64,000 nucleotides of DNA from assembly GCA_945917765.1 (NCBI GenBank), contig CAMEHU010000004.1, positions 14,925 through 78,924 of the forward strand. Reading direction: 5' to 3'. Below, in pieces: positions 22,329 to 33,244 of this stretch. Numbering within the stretch: position 1 is the first letter of the stretch; each line of letters starts with the position of its first letter. The notes beneath the pieces were generated by a model, which did not search any database, was not told where the DNA came from, and saw only the letters and a list, made by a program, of their open reading frames with translations. The position numbers and the translations under genes are program-made. The stretch comes from an uncultured Lachnospiraceae bacterium (GTDB taxonomy: Bacteria > Bacillota > Clostridia > TANB77 > CAG-508).

Positions 22329-22547
22329 TTATTTTAAAGGATCATATCCACCTTTTGAAAATGGATTGCACTTTAATATTCTTTTTATGCCTAATAAAAA
22401 CCCTTTTATAACTCCATATTTTTCTATAGCTTGTACCATATATTCTGAACATGTTGGATAATATTTACAATGAATCCCACAAGCTGAAATCATTGGAGAG
22501 ATTGTTTTTTTATAGACTTTTAATAAAAAAATCATTATTTTTTTCAT
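22329..22547 (-). CDS. yidD: Membrane protein insertion efficiency factor YidD
   Basis: 72 aa; conserved CKYYPTCSEY and NPFSKGGYDP motifs. Confidence 0.9.
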   Translation of the reverse strand: MKKIMIFLLKVYKKTISPMISACGIHCKYYPTCSEYMVQAIEKYGVIKGFLLGIKRILKCNPFSKGGYDPLK

Positions 22548-22554
22548 ATATATC

Positions 22555-22899
22555 CTATTTTTTTAAAATTTCTGCCTTATTAAATATTTGCTCCATTTCT
22601 TTTTTTATTTCGTAAAAATTAGCATTTTCTAGTTCTATATTTTTATTCCATAAAAAAACTATGCTATTTCCTGGTTCAATTTTATCCTTTAACAATCTAT
22701 AATTTTCTCTTATCAATCTTTTTACTGCATTTCTTTTTACGGCCTTGCCCATTTTAGTATTTATTGCAATACCAATTATGTTTTTGTTCAATTTATTTTT
22801 TTTGATATAAATTGTTAAACATTTTCCTCGATAATACTGACCTTTTGACAGAACATATCTAAATTCATAATTCTTTTTTAAAGTATTAATTTTTTTCAT
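22555..22899 (-). CDS. rnpA: Ribonuclease P protein component
   Basis: 114-aa basic protein, KAVKRNAVKRLIRE (RNR-like motif), downstream of rpmH. Confidence 0.9.
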   Translation of the reverse strand: MKKINTLKKNYEFRYVLSKGQYYRGKCLTIYIKKNKLNKNIIGIAINTKMGKAVKRNAVKRLIRENYRLLKDKIEPGNSIVFLWNKNIELENANFYEIKKEMEQIFNKAEILKK

Positions 22900-23024
22900 A
22901 TTTCACTCTTTTTATTTTTTTATTTTAAATAATAGGCGGATTATTTACCGCCCTAAGAATTTCTTGTATTTAATAATATTTTGTTTAGACAAAAAAAGCC
23001 ACATAACTATTTAGTGGCTTTTCT

Positions 23025-23159
23025 TTAAGCACATATTTTTTTTCTACCTTTTGCACGTCTAGCTTTTAATACATTTCTTCCAGATCTTGTGCTCATTCTT
23101 TTTAAGAAACCATGTTCTTTCATTCTTTGTCTATTTTTTGGTTGGTATGTTCTTTTCAT
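23025..23159 (-). CDS. rpmH: 50S ribosomal protein L34
   Basis: Not in ORF track (44 aa). The reverse complement encodes [44 protein letters not shown] after an AGGAGG RBS. Confidence 0.95.
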   Translation of the reverse strand: MKRTYQPKNRQRMKEHGFLKRMSTRSGRNVLKARRAKGRKKICA

Positions 23160-23418
23160 CTTATTTTGCACCTCCTATTTACCTTGTATAAATAACCGTA
23201 ACCGGAATATTTCAAAATTTTTATTAGCGTTACAATTATACAACAAAATCATTATTTATGTCAATAGAATTTTTAAAAATAATTACATATGATAATCTTT
23301 ATGAAATTTTTTTTTTCTATTGACTATTATAGTTAGTTTTTGATATGATATAAAAATAATAGGGATATATGGTTTTTCGCCAATATTTGACAAGATTTTT
23401 TATGAATTTTATCAAAAG

Positions 23419-23470
23419 TTATCCACAGGTGTGGACATTTATCAACATATGTGGATAACTCTGTGGATAA
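23419..23470. promoter_or_regulatory. oriC part 1: DnaA-box cluster upstream of dnaA
   Basis: Perfect TTATCCACA at 23419-23427; perfect inverted boxes TGTGGATAA at 23450-23458 and 23462-23470; degenerate TGTGGACAT at 23430-23438. Confidence 0.85.
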
Positions 23471-23515
23471 CTTTTCTATCCCAGTTATTTCAAGTGTTTT
23501 GGAGGACAAAAAAAG

Positions 23516-24856
23516 ATGCAAAATGAAGCAAATGAACTTTTAACAAAAGCAAAAGAACTTTTAAAGGATGAAACAACAAAAATATCTTATGAAACATGGA
23601 TAAAAAACCTTGAAATCCAAAATGCAGATAATGGTAATATAGTTCTAGTTGCTTCTTCTAGTTTTCAGAAAGAAGCAATTTATTCTCGCTATCATGATTT
23701 GCTAACAAATACTTTTAACTATATAACCAATAAAGACTGCAATGTTTCTATTATCTCAAAAGATGAAATGGAATCAGACGATTCTATGTCATCGGATTTT
23801 AGTTCTAATTTGGGTAATTCAAACCCTACACTAAATCCAAAATATACTTTTGATACATTTGTTGTTGGAAATAATAATAGATTTGCCCATGCTGCTGCAT
23901 TAGCCGTTGCCGAAGCACCTGCAACATCATATAATCCATTATTTTTATATGGTGGTGTTGGGTTAGGTAAAACTCACTTAATGCATGCAATTGGTAATTC
24001 TATTTTAAGAAAAAACAAAAACGCAAATATTTTATATGTTACTTCAGAAAAGTTTACAAATCAATTGATTAACTCTATTAAAGATAATACTAATGAACAA
24101 TTCAGAAATAAACATAGAAATATTGATGTTCTACTTATCGATGATATTCAATTCATCGCAGGTAAAGAAAGAGTACAGGAAGAGTTTTTCCACACATTTA
24201 ATGCATTACATGAAAGTGGAAAACAAATTATTCTGTCTAGTGATCGCCCACCAAAGGAAATTCAATTACTAGAGGACAGGCTTAAATCTAGATTTGAATG
24301 GGGACTTATTGCAGATATTCAAAGCCCTGATTATGAAACTCGTTTAGCAATTTTAAGAAAAAAAGCTCAATTAGACAATATTAATATTGATGGCGAAATT
24401 TTATCAAATATTGCCACAAAAATTGATACAAATATCAGAGAATTGGAAGGAACTTTAAATAAATTAATTGCAAAAGCTTCTTTAACTAACAGCCCAATTA
24501 CACCAGAAATGGCAGAAAAGGCTATTAATGATATTATTGCTCAACAAGAAAAAGTATTTTCAGCAGAATTTGTTCAAGAAACTGTTGCAAAATATTTCAA
24601 TATTGATGCAAAAGATATTAGAGGTTCAAAAAGAAATAATGAAGTTGCTTTTCCAAGACAAATTGCTATGTACTTATGTAGAAAAGTGGCTCAAATGTCT
24701 TTACCTCAAATTGGAAAAGATTTTGGAAAAAGAGATCACACTACAGTAATGCATGCTTGTACAAAAATTGAACAAGAAATAAAAGAAAATTTAAACACTA
24801 AATTGATTGTTGAGAGTGTTGAAAGTCTGCTACTTGCAGATAATAAAAAAGATTAA
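23516..24856 (+). CDS. dnaA: Chromosomal replication initiator protein DnaA
   Basis: 446 aa; Walker A GGVGLGKTHLMHAIG; domain IV ...RDHTTVMHA... Confidence 0.97.
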   Translation: MQNEANELLTKAKELLKDETTKISYETWIKNLEIQNADNGNIVLVASSSFQKEAIYSRYHDLLTNTFNYITNKDCNVSIISKDEMESDDSMSSDFSSNLGNSNPTLNPKYTFDTFVVGNNNRFAHAAALAVAEAPATSYNPLFLYGGVGLGKTHLMHAIGNSILRKNKNANILYVTSEKFTNQLINSIKDNTNEQFRNKHRNIDVLLIDDIQFIAGKERVQEEFFHTFNALHESGKQIILSSDRPPKEIQLLEDRLKSRFEWGLIADIQSPDYETRLAILRKKAQLDNINIDGEILSNIATKIDTNIRELEGTLNKLIAKASLTNSPITPEMAEKAINDIIAQQEKVFSAEFVQETVAKYFNIDAKDIRGSKRNNEVAFPRQIAMYLCRKVAQMSLPQIGKDFGKRDHTTVMHACTKIEQEIKENLNTKLIVESVESLLLADNKKD

Positions 24857-25060
24857 TTATTGTTTTATAATTTAAAATAACAATTAATAAAAATACCAGA
24901 AAGAAAAATTTATAAAATAACTACTAAAAATTATTTAAAAAATTTATAAAAAAATGAAATTTTAAAAAATTCCACATTGAAAATTGTAAAAATTTTACTC
25001 AAAACGTTTTGTGCAATGTTCAAAATATTTTGTGCAATGTTTTAAAAGAAATCCACAAAG

Positions 25061-25382
25061 TTATCCACATATTTATGTAAAACTGTGGATAACTCATACC
25101 GAACAGTGAAACTATATTAATTTCAGTAAAAACTACAATTTTCGACAAGAAATGTTTGGCGATTTTGTGTTTGTTTTGAGCATATGTATCCTGCTTGTAT
25201 CAAGGCTTGCAAGAGTTATCCACAGGGGGCTGTGGATAACGTGTGGATAAAATGTGGATAACTGAGTTATCCACAGGTTTACATTCGTAACTGTGGATAA
25301 CTTTCCGAGTTATCCACAGAATTATCCACATCGCAAACCTTACGGTCACAAGGGTTTGACATAGTTATCCACATAATCCACA
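25061..25382. promoter_or_regulatory. oriC part 2: dense DnaA-box array between dnaA and dnaN
   Basis: Eleven perfect 9-mers (TTATCCACA/TGTGGATAA) starting at 25061, 25084, 25216, 25231, 25242, 25253, 25267, 25292, 25310, 25322 and 25365, plus TAATCCACA at 25374-25382. Confidence 0.9.
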
Positions 25383-25386
25383 GCAC

Positions 25387-25436
25387 CTACTACTACTACT
25401 ACTAATATATATTTATATATTATATAATAATATAAA
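25387..25436. promoter_or_regulatory. DnaA-trio repeat (CTA x6) followed by AT-only unwinding element
   Basis: cta cta cta cta cta cta at 25387-25404, 4 nt after the last DnaA box, then pure A/T sequence up to the dnaN RBS. Confidence 0.7.
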
Positions 25437-25450
25437 GGAGACGAGAAAAA

Positions 25451-26566
25451 ATGAAAATAATTTGTGATAAAGAAAAAATCCTTAAAGCTATTAATTCCGT
25501 AACTAAAGCGGTAGCTTCTAAGACAACAATGCCTATATTAGAGGGTATATTAATTCAAACTAATGATAAAGAAGTTAAATTAACTACATATGATTTAGAA
25601 ATTGGTATTGAATATATTATTGAAGCAGAGGTTGAAGAACAAGGAGCAACAGTTGTTAATGCTACAATGTTTAGTGAAATTATTAGAAAGTTACCTGATA
25701 CTGAAATAAAAATTTATTTAAATGATAAAAATTTATTAGTTATTGAATGTGAAGGTTCTTTATATAAATTAGCAACAATGAATCCTGAGGAATTTCCTGA
25801 ACTTCCTCAAATAAATATAGAAAATTCAATTGAATTAGAACAAAATGCTTTAAAAGAAATGATTAGAAAAACAATTTTTGCTGTAAGTACAGAAGAAAAT
25901 AGACCTATTTTTACAGGTTGTTTATTTGAAGTAGTAGATAATAAATTAAATTTGGTAGCTGTTGATGGATTTAGATTAGCTTGGAAAACTAAATATCTTC
26001 AAACAAAAGTTAATAATTTTTCAGCTGTTATTCCAGGAAGAACATTAAATGAAATTAACAAGATTATTTTAGATAATTTTGATACAATTCAAATTGGTAT
26101 TGCAAAAAATCAAGCATTATTTGAAATGGAAAATTGTAAAATTGTTACTAGATTATTAGATGGAGAGTTTTTAAATTATTCAAATGTTATACCAAGTATG
26201 TGGGACACTAGAATTAGAGTTAATAAAAGCAATATGCAAAATTGTTTTGAAAGAGTTAGTTTAATATCTTCTTCTAGTATTGAAAAAGAGAAAAAATATC
26301 CTGTAAAAGTTTCTATTGAAATTGGTAAAGTTACAATTTCTTGTACAAATCAAACAGGTGATGCAAAAGAAGAAATGTATGTTTCAACAGAAGGTAAGAA
26401 TCTTGAAGCAGGATTTAATCCAAAATATTTCTTAGATGCATTTAGAGCAATTGATGATGAAGAAGTATTTATTGATTTTGGTACAAGTATTTCACCATGT
26501 ATTATTAGACCAATTGATAATGGAGATTATATTTACATGATTTTACCTATTAGAATGAAAGATTAG
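25451..26566 (+). CDS. dnaN: DNA polymerase III beta sliding clamp
   Basis: 371 aa; beta-clamp family sequence (LEGILIQT..., VDGFRLA, ...MPIRM C-terminus); synteny. Confidence 0.95.
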   Translation: MKIICDKEKILKAINSVTKAVASKTTMPILEGILIQTNDKEVKLTTYDLEIGIEYIIEAEVEEQGATVVNATMFSEIIRKLPDTEIKIYLNDKNLLVIECEGSLYKLATMNPEEFPELPQINIENSIELEQNALKEMIRKTIFAVSTEENRPIFTGCLFEVVDNKLNLVAVDGFRLAWKTKYLQTKVNNFSAVIPGRTLNEINKIILDNFDTIQIGIAKNQALFEMENCKIVTRLLDGEFLNYSNVIPSMWDTRIRVNKSNMQNCFERVSLISSSSIEKEKKYPVKVSIEIGKVTISCTNQTGDAKEEMYVSTEGKNLEAGFNPKYFLDAFRAIDDEEVFIDFGTSISPCIIRPIDNGDYIYMILPIRMKD

Positions 26567-26583
26567 TGGATAAGTTATCCACA
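26565..26583. promoter_or_regulatory. Convergent DnaA-box pair at the dnaN stop
   Basis: AGTGGATAA (1 mismatch) at 26565-26573 and perfect TTATCCACA at 26575-26583. Confidence 0.5.
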
Positions 26584-26596
26584 GATAAGGAACAAT

Positions 26597-27664
26597 ATGT
26601 TGATAACTAGTTTGAAATTACAGAATTTTAGAAATTATGATGAACTAAAATTAGATTTTAATAAAGATATTAATGTAATTTATGGAGATAATGCACAAGG
26701 AAAGACTAATATTTTAGAGGCAATTTCTGTTGCTTCTATTGGAAAATCTTTTAGAACAAACAAAGATAGGGAATTAATAAAATTAAATGAAGCATTTTCT
26801 AAAATAGAGGTTGAATTTTCAAAATCTGATAGAGATGGTTCAATAAAAATAGAAATTTCTGATAAAAAAAATGTTTTTGTAAATGGGGTAAAAATAAAAA
26901 AATTAAGTGAATTACTTGGTAATATGCATGTTGTTATTTTTACTCCTGATGATATTAATATTTTAAAAGATGGTCCTGCACAAAGGCGAAGATTTTTAGA
27001 TATATTTATTAGTCAATTACGACCAAATTATGTTTATTGTTTAAATATGTATTTAAAAGCTTTAGAGCAAAGAAATAATTATTTAAAACAAATAAAATTT
27101 GAAAATAAATCAGAAGAATTTTTAGATATTTGGGACGAAAAAGTTGCTGATTATGCTGAAAAGGTTTTTAATTATAGAATTGAATTTATTGAAAAAATAA
27201 AAAATAAATTAAAATCTGTTCATAATATTATAACTGAAAATAATGAAGATATTGATATGGAATATGTTACGGATTTTGATAATAAAGAAAATTTTTTGAA
27301 AAAATTAAAAAATGCTAGAAAATTGGATATTATAAAAGGTTTTTCTACAAAAGGGGTTCATAGAGATGATTTTAATATTTATTTAAATAATAAATTAGTA
27401 AATGTTTATGGATCACAAGGTCAGCATAGAACTGTAATTTTATCTTTAAAAATGTCTGAATTAAAAGTTATTTATGATGAGATTGGTGAAAACCCTATTT
27501 TATTATTAGATGATTTTATGTCTGAGTTAGATGAAAAAAGAAGGACAAATTTTCTCGAGTATATTAGGGATACACAGGTTTTAGTTACATGTACTGATAA
27601 ATTTGTACTTGAAAAAAATAATTATAACTTATATAATGTTGTAAGTGGAAAAATTACTTTTTAA
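26597..27664 (+). CDS. recF: DNA replication and repair protein RecF
   Basis: Walker A GDNAQGKTNILEA; SMC-like signature and LLLDDFMSELD Walker B. Confidence 0.95.
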   Translation: MLITSLKLQNFRNYDELKLDFNKDINVIYGDNAQGKTNILEAISVASIGKSFRTNKDRELIKLNEAFSKIEVEFSKSDRDGSIKIEISDKKNVFVNGVKIKKLSELLGNMHVVIFTPDDINILKDGPAQRRRFLDIFISQLRPNYVYCLNMYLKALEQRNNYLKQIKFENKSEEFLDIWDEKVADYAEKVFNYRIEFIEKIKNKLKSVHNIITENNEDIDMEYVTDFDNKENFLKKLKNARKLDIIKGFSTKGVHRDDFNIYLNNKLVNVYGSQGQHRTVILSLKMSELKVIYDEIGENPILLLDDFMSELDEKRRTNFLEYIRDTQVLVTCTDKFVLEKNNYNLYNVVSGKITF

Positions 27665-27679
27665 ATTTTTAGGGTAGCC

Positions 27680-27830
27680 GTCAAAATTAATAATTATGTA
27701 GCGCTTGGAATTATTATATTAAATTCCGTAAGCTTGCTGGTCGACATTGCTAACGCTTGTCTCCCAAACTGCGCGCTTGTACTCCATTTTAATATATAAT
27801 TCCAAGCGCTACATAATTATTAATTTTGAC
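27680..27830. repeat. 151-bp inverted-repeat element (35-bp perfect arms, relatively GC-rich 81-nt centre)
   Basis: Arms 27680-27714 and 27796-27830 are exact reverse complements (gtcaaaattaataattatgtagcgcttggaattat). The pairing extends imperfectly inward. Confidence 0.8.
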
Positions 27831-27878
27831 TACTCTATAAAAATAAAGTAATTTTATAATAGAATTAAATATAATTAA

Positions 27879-29831
<1,953 letters not shown>

Positions 29832-29844
29832 TTTTTATATATTT

Positions 29845-29876
29845 GAAAGAGTATTTTTTAATACTCTTTTTTTATG
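29845..29876 (+). terminator. Rho-independent terminator directly after gyrB
   Basis: aaagagtat-ttttta-atactcttt followed by T-run. Confidence 0.8.
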
Positions 29877-29976
29877 TATAAAGGAAAAAAGAGGTAATAA
29901 AATTAATAAATAAAAAAACAGCTAATAAAAATTAAAGAAATAATTCAGGAAAAATAGTTATAAAAATAATAAAAAA

Positions 29977-30020
29977 ATAATTCAAGAAAAAATAATTATA
30001 ATTATTTTTTCTTGAATTAT
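29977..30020. terminator. Perfect 20-bp-arm hairpin (second terminator-like structure)
   Basis: ataattcaagaaaaaataat / attattttttcttgaattat separated by the 4-nt loop tata. Confidence 0.5.
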
Positions 30021-30429
30021 TCATAAAGCTAATATTAATCTTCAGCTAAAACTAATAATCATAATTTATAACCTAATATATATTGCTATATAAATAAGCT
30101 AATCACCACGAATATTAATCAGTTGCTTGACTATAAATACACAATTAATAGCTAAATTCATCCAAACGAGGGACTATTATTAACCATTAGGATATATAAG
30201 AATAATCGTAACTCAAGCATATTACCTATAATTTAACCATATAATTTATTAGGTTACACAGCTTACATACAAATAATATACTCTTCATCTCTGCAAAATA
30301 ATAACCTAATTTTATTAAGCTACTATTTCACTTTGACCGAACAATAAAAATCTTTCAACTTTTATTGCTCTTGGTTAAACTAATATTAACCTTATATCAT
30401 TATTATATCTAATTTTTTATAAAATATAC

Positions 30430-30700
30430 AAAAAAATAATAAAAAATAAAAACTAAAAACTAAAAAATAAATAATAAAAAAATAAATAATGAAAAAATAA
30501 ATAATAAAAAAATTAATAATAAAAAAATTAATAATAAAAAAATAAATAATAAAAAAATTAATAATAAAAAATTAATAATAAAAAATAAAAAATAAATAAT
30601 AAAAAAATAAATAATGAAAAAATAAATAATAAAAATAAATAAAAAAAATAAATAATAAAAAAATAATAATAAAATAAATAATTAATACTAAATAAAAAAT
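30430..30700. repeat. A-rich degenerate tandem repeat (about 16-nt unit, AAAAAAATAAATAATA/AAAAAAATTAATAATA)
   Basis: About 16 consecutive near-identical units read directly from the sequence. Confidence 0.8.
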
Positions 30701-30758
30701 ATAATTTTAAAAAATCTAATCGAGAATTATAAATCTAAATTATAATAAAATTATAGAA

Positions 30759-30823
30759 TGTCGAATTTTGTCGAAAAAAGGCGAACGAAAGTTCTTGACA
30801 ATTATAGAAAAATATGCCACAAT
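30759..30823 (+). promoter_or_regulatory. Putative promoter (TTGACA-17-CACAAT) preceded by two direct TGTCGAA (Spo0A-box-like) heptamers
   Basis: TGTCGAA at 30759-30765 and 30769-30775 (10-bp phasing); TTGACA 30795-30800; CACAAT 30818-30823. Confidence 0.4.
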
Positions 30824-30856
30824 ATAGTAAAGAAAAATGAAAATAATGAAAGGTAG

Positions 30857-33244
30857 GTGAAAAAAGTATTTAGAAGCAATAATTCTGTTCAAGAATGGCT
30901 TCCAATTGAAAAGATTTTTGATAACGGAGTGGTAAAGACCAAAAATGATAAATATATAAAAATTATTAAAGTCTTACCAATTAATTATAATTTAAAATCT
31001 AATTTAGAAAAGGAAGCAATTTTAAACTCTTATAAAATTTTTTTAAAAACATGTAATTTTGATTTACAAATTTTAGTTCAAAGCAAAAAAGAAAATTTAT
31101 CCAAACACATCTCTAGTGTTAAAAAATTTGCCCAAAATGATAGTAAAACAATTCAACAAATTTCGGATGAGTATATTAATTATATTAATAACTTAAATAT
31201 TAATAAAAAATCTGCTGTAAAAAATTTTTTTATAATAATAAAAAAAGAAAAAAATAATCTTGAAAAAACTACTTTAAATGACATGGAAAGTATAGTTTTT
31301 GAAGAATTAAATGATGATTTTTTAAGAATTAAAGAAACATTATCAAGATGTGGAAACATTGTTCTTGATATAAACAACAGGGAGCAGTGTAAAGAAATTT
31401 TATTTTCATTTTTCTATCCTAAAAAATCATTAAGTTAAGAGGTGATGTAAATTAACAAAATATTAAATTTTAAAAAAGGAGAATATTCTGAAATAGATTT
31501 TTTGTCACCAGCGTATATTAATTTATCTAATCCTAAATATTTTGAAATGGATGGAATATATTATTCGACATTAATTATTACGGATTATAGTAGAGAAAAT
31601 TTTGATTTATTACTTAAAAGTATAATTGATACAAATATTAATATTAATATATCTTTTTTCTATGAAAAACAAGATAAATATAAAACAATTAAAGATTTAA
31701 CATACCATATTGGAAATGTAGGATCTGATTTAAAAGTATTTAGAGAAAACAGGCAAGATGTTGATATTGCAGCATTTACATATAATGATGCAAAATATAT
31801 TCGAAAAGAAATCCAAGTAAATAACGAAGATTTATATTTTTTATATGTTTATATAAATGTTTTTTCAAATAATAAAAAAGAATTAGAATATGTTCTAAAC
31901 AAAATAGAGGGTATTCTCCAGAGTAAAGGAATGCAAACAAAAAAAGCATATTTTAGACAAGATTTAGGAAATTTAGTGTGTTATCCGATTATGGAAAATC
32001 CGAAAGAAATAAAAGATGTTGCGAGAAGAAATGTATTAACTAGCGGACTTGTCGGAACATATCCATTTATCTCGTCATCAATTTTTGATGAAAATGGTAT
32101 TTTAATTGGTACTAATTTATATAACAATTCTTTGGTTTTCGTAGATAGGTATAGTGAGAAATATAAAAATGCTAACATGTGTATTTTTGGTACAAGTGGT
32201 GCTGGTAAATCGTTCTATACAAAAGCTTTAATTTTAAGGTATAGAATACAAGGAATTCAGCAATATATTATTGACCCCGAAAGAGAATATTTAAAAATGT
32301 GTGAAAAATTAGGAGGTACAATTTTTAAAATTGGGCCTAATTCTGGAACCTATATAAATATTTTTGATATAAGAGAAGATAGCTTAGAAGATACGGAAAA
32401 TGGATATTTAGCAACCAAGATAACTAAATTAATTGGATTTTTTAATCTTATTTTTGGTGAATTAAATGAAGAAGAAAAATCAACTTTAGAAGAAAAAATT
32501 ATAGAAACATATAGTCTGAAAGGAATTACTTTTGATGATAAATCTTTATTAAAATTTGATAATAAAAAAATTAGCATAAAGCCAACATTTAAGGATTCAA
32601 ATGATATGCCAATATTAGAGGATTTATATAATTTATTAAATGATGAAAAAACAAAAAAATTTAAAATTAAATTATTACCATTTGTTAAAGGTTCATTAAA
32701 ATATTTTAATAATTATACAAATATCGAAATTAATAACAAATTAATTTTAGCAGATGTTTATGAATTAGGCGAAGATAATTTAAAATATGCAATTTTTTTA
32801 TTCACGGAATTATTTTGGGATCAAATAAAAAAAGATAGAAGTATTAATAAAGCAATATATTTAGATGAAATTTGGAGATTAATAGGTGTTACATCAAATA
32901 AAGAAGTGGCTTCATTTATTTATAAAATATTTAAAACAATAAGAAAATATGGAGGAAGTGCAGTTGCAATCACTCAAGATATTTCTGATTTATTTAGCTT
33001 AGAAAATGGAATATATGGAAAAAGTATTTTAAATAATTCTAGTATAAAAAATTTCTTTTCTATGGAGGAAGAAAATATAAAAATATTAGAAAAATATTCT
33101 AATATTTCTGAAAAAGAAAAAATAGAAATTAAATCATTAAAAAGAGGAGAATGCTTGATGTTTGCTGGAGACGAACATTTATTAACAAAAGTAGAAGTTT
33201 CTGATTTTGAAAAATCAATTATAAATGGGGGTGAAAATAATTAA
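30857..33244 (+). pseudogene. VirB4/TrsE-like conjugation (T4SS) ATPase interrupted by two in-frame TAA codons
   Basis: ORFs 30857-31438 and 31502-33244 are in the same frame, separated only by TAA 31436-31438, three sense codons and TAA 31448-31450. Together they total about 790 aa, with a VirB4-like N-terminal domain, Walker A FGTSGAGKSF, DPEREY and Walker B IYLDEIW. Confidence 0.7.

Noticed and set aside
30430-30700. CRISPR or coding interpretation of the A-rich 16-nt tandem repeat
   Set aside because: It is a contiguous head-to-tail low-complexity microsatellite-like repeat without unique spacers or an open frame.
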